A stretch of 11,561 nt of DNA, from the NCBI RefSeq assembly GCF_006345805.1, contig NW_021826908.1, positions 1-11,561 on the forward strand, given 5' to 3'. The notes beneath the pieces are model-generated. The model was given only the letters and a program-made list of their open reading frames with translations. It did no database searches and was not told where the DNA came from. Source of the stretch: Octopus sinensis. Taxonomy: Eukaryota. The translations under genes and the position numbers were made by a program. Below are positions 8,757 to 11,561 of the stretch, piece after piece; the first letter of the stretch is position 1; each line of letters opens with the position of its first letter.

Positions 8757-9050
8757 TCGTTATTATATTGGTTTGTCTCAGGTCCGGTTTCATTCCTGGT
8801 AGGAGTTATGGGGCTAGCGGGTCACTGCTCGTAACCTTAGGTATCCGCAAGTTTCTCAAGCGCTAAGGAACTTCCTGATAATATTTGCCGTCCCTAAGAG
8901 ACAACCTTTCGGTAGAAGCTCTACGGGGCATTCTATTCCAATTTCCTTCAGCCATTTGTCTAAATCTTTGCTTTCTGTTCCCAACGCACTAATTCGTTAG
9001 GCTCGACCTTTACTGATCGCATGCTTCAAATTCTTCCTGTTTCCAATTTT
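8757..9050 (-). pseudogene. 3' fragment of an RLE-type (R4/Dong-like) non-LTR retrotransposon
   Basis: Minus strand 8993-8856 translates as ISALGTESKDLDKWLKEIGIECPVELLPKGCLLGTANIIRKFLSA*. It is preceded across a 1-nt frameshift by LETGRI*SMRSVKVEPN (from 9046). This matches the V.P.VIGALG...LQK..LLGTA.I.R.VL C-terminus of RLE elements. A ~85-nt 3'UTR and an AAT-type tail follow. Confidence 0.82.
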
Positions 9051-9099
9051 GTTATTATTATTGTCATCATTAGTATTATTATTGTTATTATTAATCCTA

Positions 9100-9311
9100 A
9101 GGCGGCGAACTGGCAGAATCGTTAGCACGCAGGACGAAATGCTTAGCGGTATTTCGTCCGCCGCGACGTTCTGAGTTCAAATTCCGCCGAGGTCAACTTT
9201 GCCTTTCATATTTTTGGGGTTGATAAATTAAGTACCAGTGAAACACTGGGGCCGATGTAATCAACTATTCCGCTCCCCGAAAATTTCAGGCGCTGGAAGG
9301 ATTATTATTAC
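9100..9311 (+). mobile_element. Family-C SINE with (ATT)n tail and 11-bp target-site duplication
   Basis: A box TGGCAGAATCG, B box GAGTTCAAATTCC. TATTAATCCTA is duplicated at 9089-9099 and 9312-9322. Confidence 0.9.
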
Positions 9312-9460
9312 TATTAATCCTACAGGTGCCCACGGCTGATCCTGTTATGCGCGAAAGGGGACGAAACCTGGCAGTACTGGGCAGTGTTAACTCATGACAT
9401 TTTCTCTATTCGGAATTCAACCGAGTTTACAACGTAAAATATCCCATCTTAGCTCTTCAA

Positions 9461-9560
9461 AGAAGAGAGAGAAAGAAACACAGAAAGAGTGAGAGAAAGA
9501 AAGAGAGGGAGACAGGTAGAAAGAGAGAATTTGGCTGAAAGGATAAGTGAGAGAAGAAAA
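9461..9560. repeat. Polypurine (GA/GAAA)-rich tract
   Basis: Directly visible. Confidence 0.8.
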
Positions 9561-9870
9561 AGAATCACCCTTGAAACCGCTAACTTTTTCTGTTATGTAT
9601 TTCGGTTCCTTCCAGTATGTGTGTAGCTTGACTTTGCGTGGCTGCGTGTGATTAGCACTGTTAGGTCATAAACAACATTAGAATATGTATGTGTGTAAGC
9701 AGAAGTAGGGAGAAGTCCTTGTAGATGCCCAAAGCCAACATTTAATTCCGTTAGTATTTTCAAAAAATCCTCTTTCATATAACATCTGACGATCGCTTCT
9801 ACAGGAAGAAGGCTTCAAGTAAAGTGAAATTAGTCTACTTCCACTTAAATTAAATACATACACACAAACA

Positions 9871-9930
9871 CACACACAAAACACAAAACACACACACAAA
9901 ACACAAAACACACACACAAAACACAAAACA
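9871..9930. repeat. Three exact copies of a 20-bp unit CACACACAAAACACAAAACA
   Basis: Exact 20-bp period at 9871, 9891 and 9911. Confidence 0.92.
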
Positions 9931-10315
9931 ATATATTACACAAACACACACACATACATACGAGCACATATATTTATCATTAATAGGTTAGTGTTTTTGT
10001 GTTCAAAACAAATTATCTTTGAAAATTTTTATGTCAGATTATAATTTAAAATACGGTATCTATTGATAATGGTTTTAAATTATAATTTCAAATTTATAGA
10101 TTTCTTTTTTGCCCTTTAGATTTACGCAGGCAATCAATTTATATATATACATATACATACTTATATATGTGTATGTATATGTATATACATACATACATAC
10201 ATATCTAAATATATGTGTGTGTGTATATATATATATGCATACATACATTCATTCACACATACATGCATGACTACATACATGTGTATACATATAAATATGT
10301 ATGTATATAAATGCA

Positions 10316-10362
10316 TACTACTACTACTACTAATGATAATGATGATGATAATGATGATGATG

Positions 10363-10438
<76 letters not shown>
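10316..10438. repeat. Compound trinucleotide repeat (CTA)n-(ATG)n-(ATA)n
   Basis: Directly visible; source of the poly-Ile and poly-Leu ORFs. Confidence 0.96.
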
Positions 10439-10443
<5 letters not shown>

Positions 10444-10934
10444 AGCAGAAGAGCAACAATAACAATAACCGAAAGAATCAAGTTATATATATATATATAT
10501 AATATATATATCTGCGCTTTAAATTAAACCTCCTTATATACCTCCGTGAGAGATAAGCATGCACAATATTCATATACACACACTTAAATACATTTAAATA
10601 TGCATGTATATTTGTGATATAGCTATATATATACCTATATACTGCATATACATTTACATAATATATATATATATATAATATATATATATATACACATTTT
10701 ATTCATACAACACAATACAAGTAGGTATTTATTTATTTTGAGATCAGACCACATAGTTGCTACTCGGAGTTTATATCTCTGTTTCGTTGTCTGAGGGATC
10801 TAGCTGCTCCGTGAATTTTGTTCCACTTCAAAGCAGTGACTACCTTTTGGTTCCATTGCAGTCTACAACACTGCAAACCTATAATCATATACGTTTGTAC
10901 CTTAGTGTGTGTGCACATGCTAGTGAGGCATTTG

Positions 10935-11047
<113 letters not shown>

Positions 11048-11519
11048 GCCATCTGTCTATATAGGCTCTCACTCGTACGTTGATACAGATATACGTTTTT
11101 CTTATACATTGACGCACTGGCGAATCATAAAGCGTTCACACACTCACACATATAATCATATTCATGCACTAACACACAGGGACACACACGTATGGACATC
11201 TGTGTGTCTATATATAAATAGAAAGGTGAATGTAGATATATAACCGCTTTCGTACATGCATACGCTCTTATACATACATACTTATGCCTACGCACCCACA
11301 TATACGCACACCACACACACACACACACACTCACTCACACACACTGATGTCGGAAATCGCCTCAATGAAGAGTATACATTTATAAATATCTTATACATAT
11401 ATATACATATTAAGAATTACGCTAATGTTCCCTAAGTCTATAAATACTAATTTACGAGACCATATATGTATACACATATATTTCTAAATGCATATATTTT
11501 GTGTTCGTATACATATATA

Positions 11520-11561
<42 letters not shown>

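Noticed and set aside
8121-9311. CRISPR-like array of recurring repeats
   Set aside because: The repeats are ~200-bp SINE copies with irregular spacing in eukaryotic DNA, with no spacer periodicity or cas genes.
9334-9375. CTGAT...CGAAAC hammerhead-like spacing
   Set aside because: The core reads CTGATCC rather than CTGANGA, and there is no cleavage-site/stem I arrangement.
9593-9800. Possible minus-strand exon after a pyrimidine tract and AG (MKEDFLKILTELNVGFGHLQG...)
   Set aside because: No recognisable protein similarity or convincing donor site; it would need RNA-seq evidence.
9786-9838. CTGACGA...GAAAT-TAG-TC second hammerhead candidate
   Set aside because: No stem II abuts the core and stem I (AACAT vs TACTT) does not pair.

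Overview
Non-coding, microsatellite-saturated animal genomic DNA. The SINE families and compound (TA)/(ACAT)/(CTAT)/(ATT) repeats look like octopus (coleoid cephalopod) DNA; this is recognition from memory, not a database result. No host protein-coding gene is supportable, and nearly all ORFs in the track are translations of microsatellites. The main object is a ~2.6 kb non-coding element (2863-~5470) with ~1.05 kb inverted arms (2863-3909 vs 4321-5385). Its + arm carries a complete minimal type I hammerhead ribozyme (5246-5305) with a palindromic stem III, as in Penelope-like retroelements (PLEs) and animal retrozymes. The inverted copy of the ribozyme is mutated in its core. The window also holds a 190-bp TTAA-flanked MITE, several tRNA-derived SINEs (one chimeric, one dimeric), a structured segment resembling an RTE-LINE 5'UTR, and a decayed 3' fragment of a restriction-like-endonuclease (R4/Dong-like) retrotransposon that the ORF track misses.
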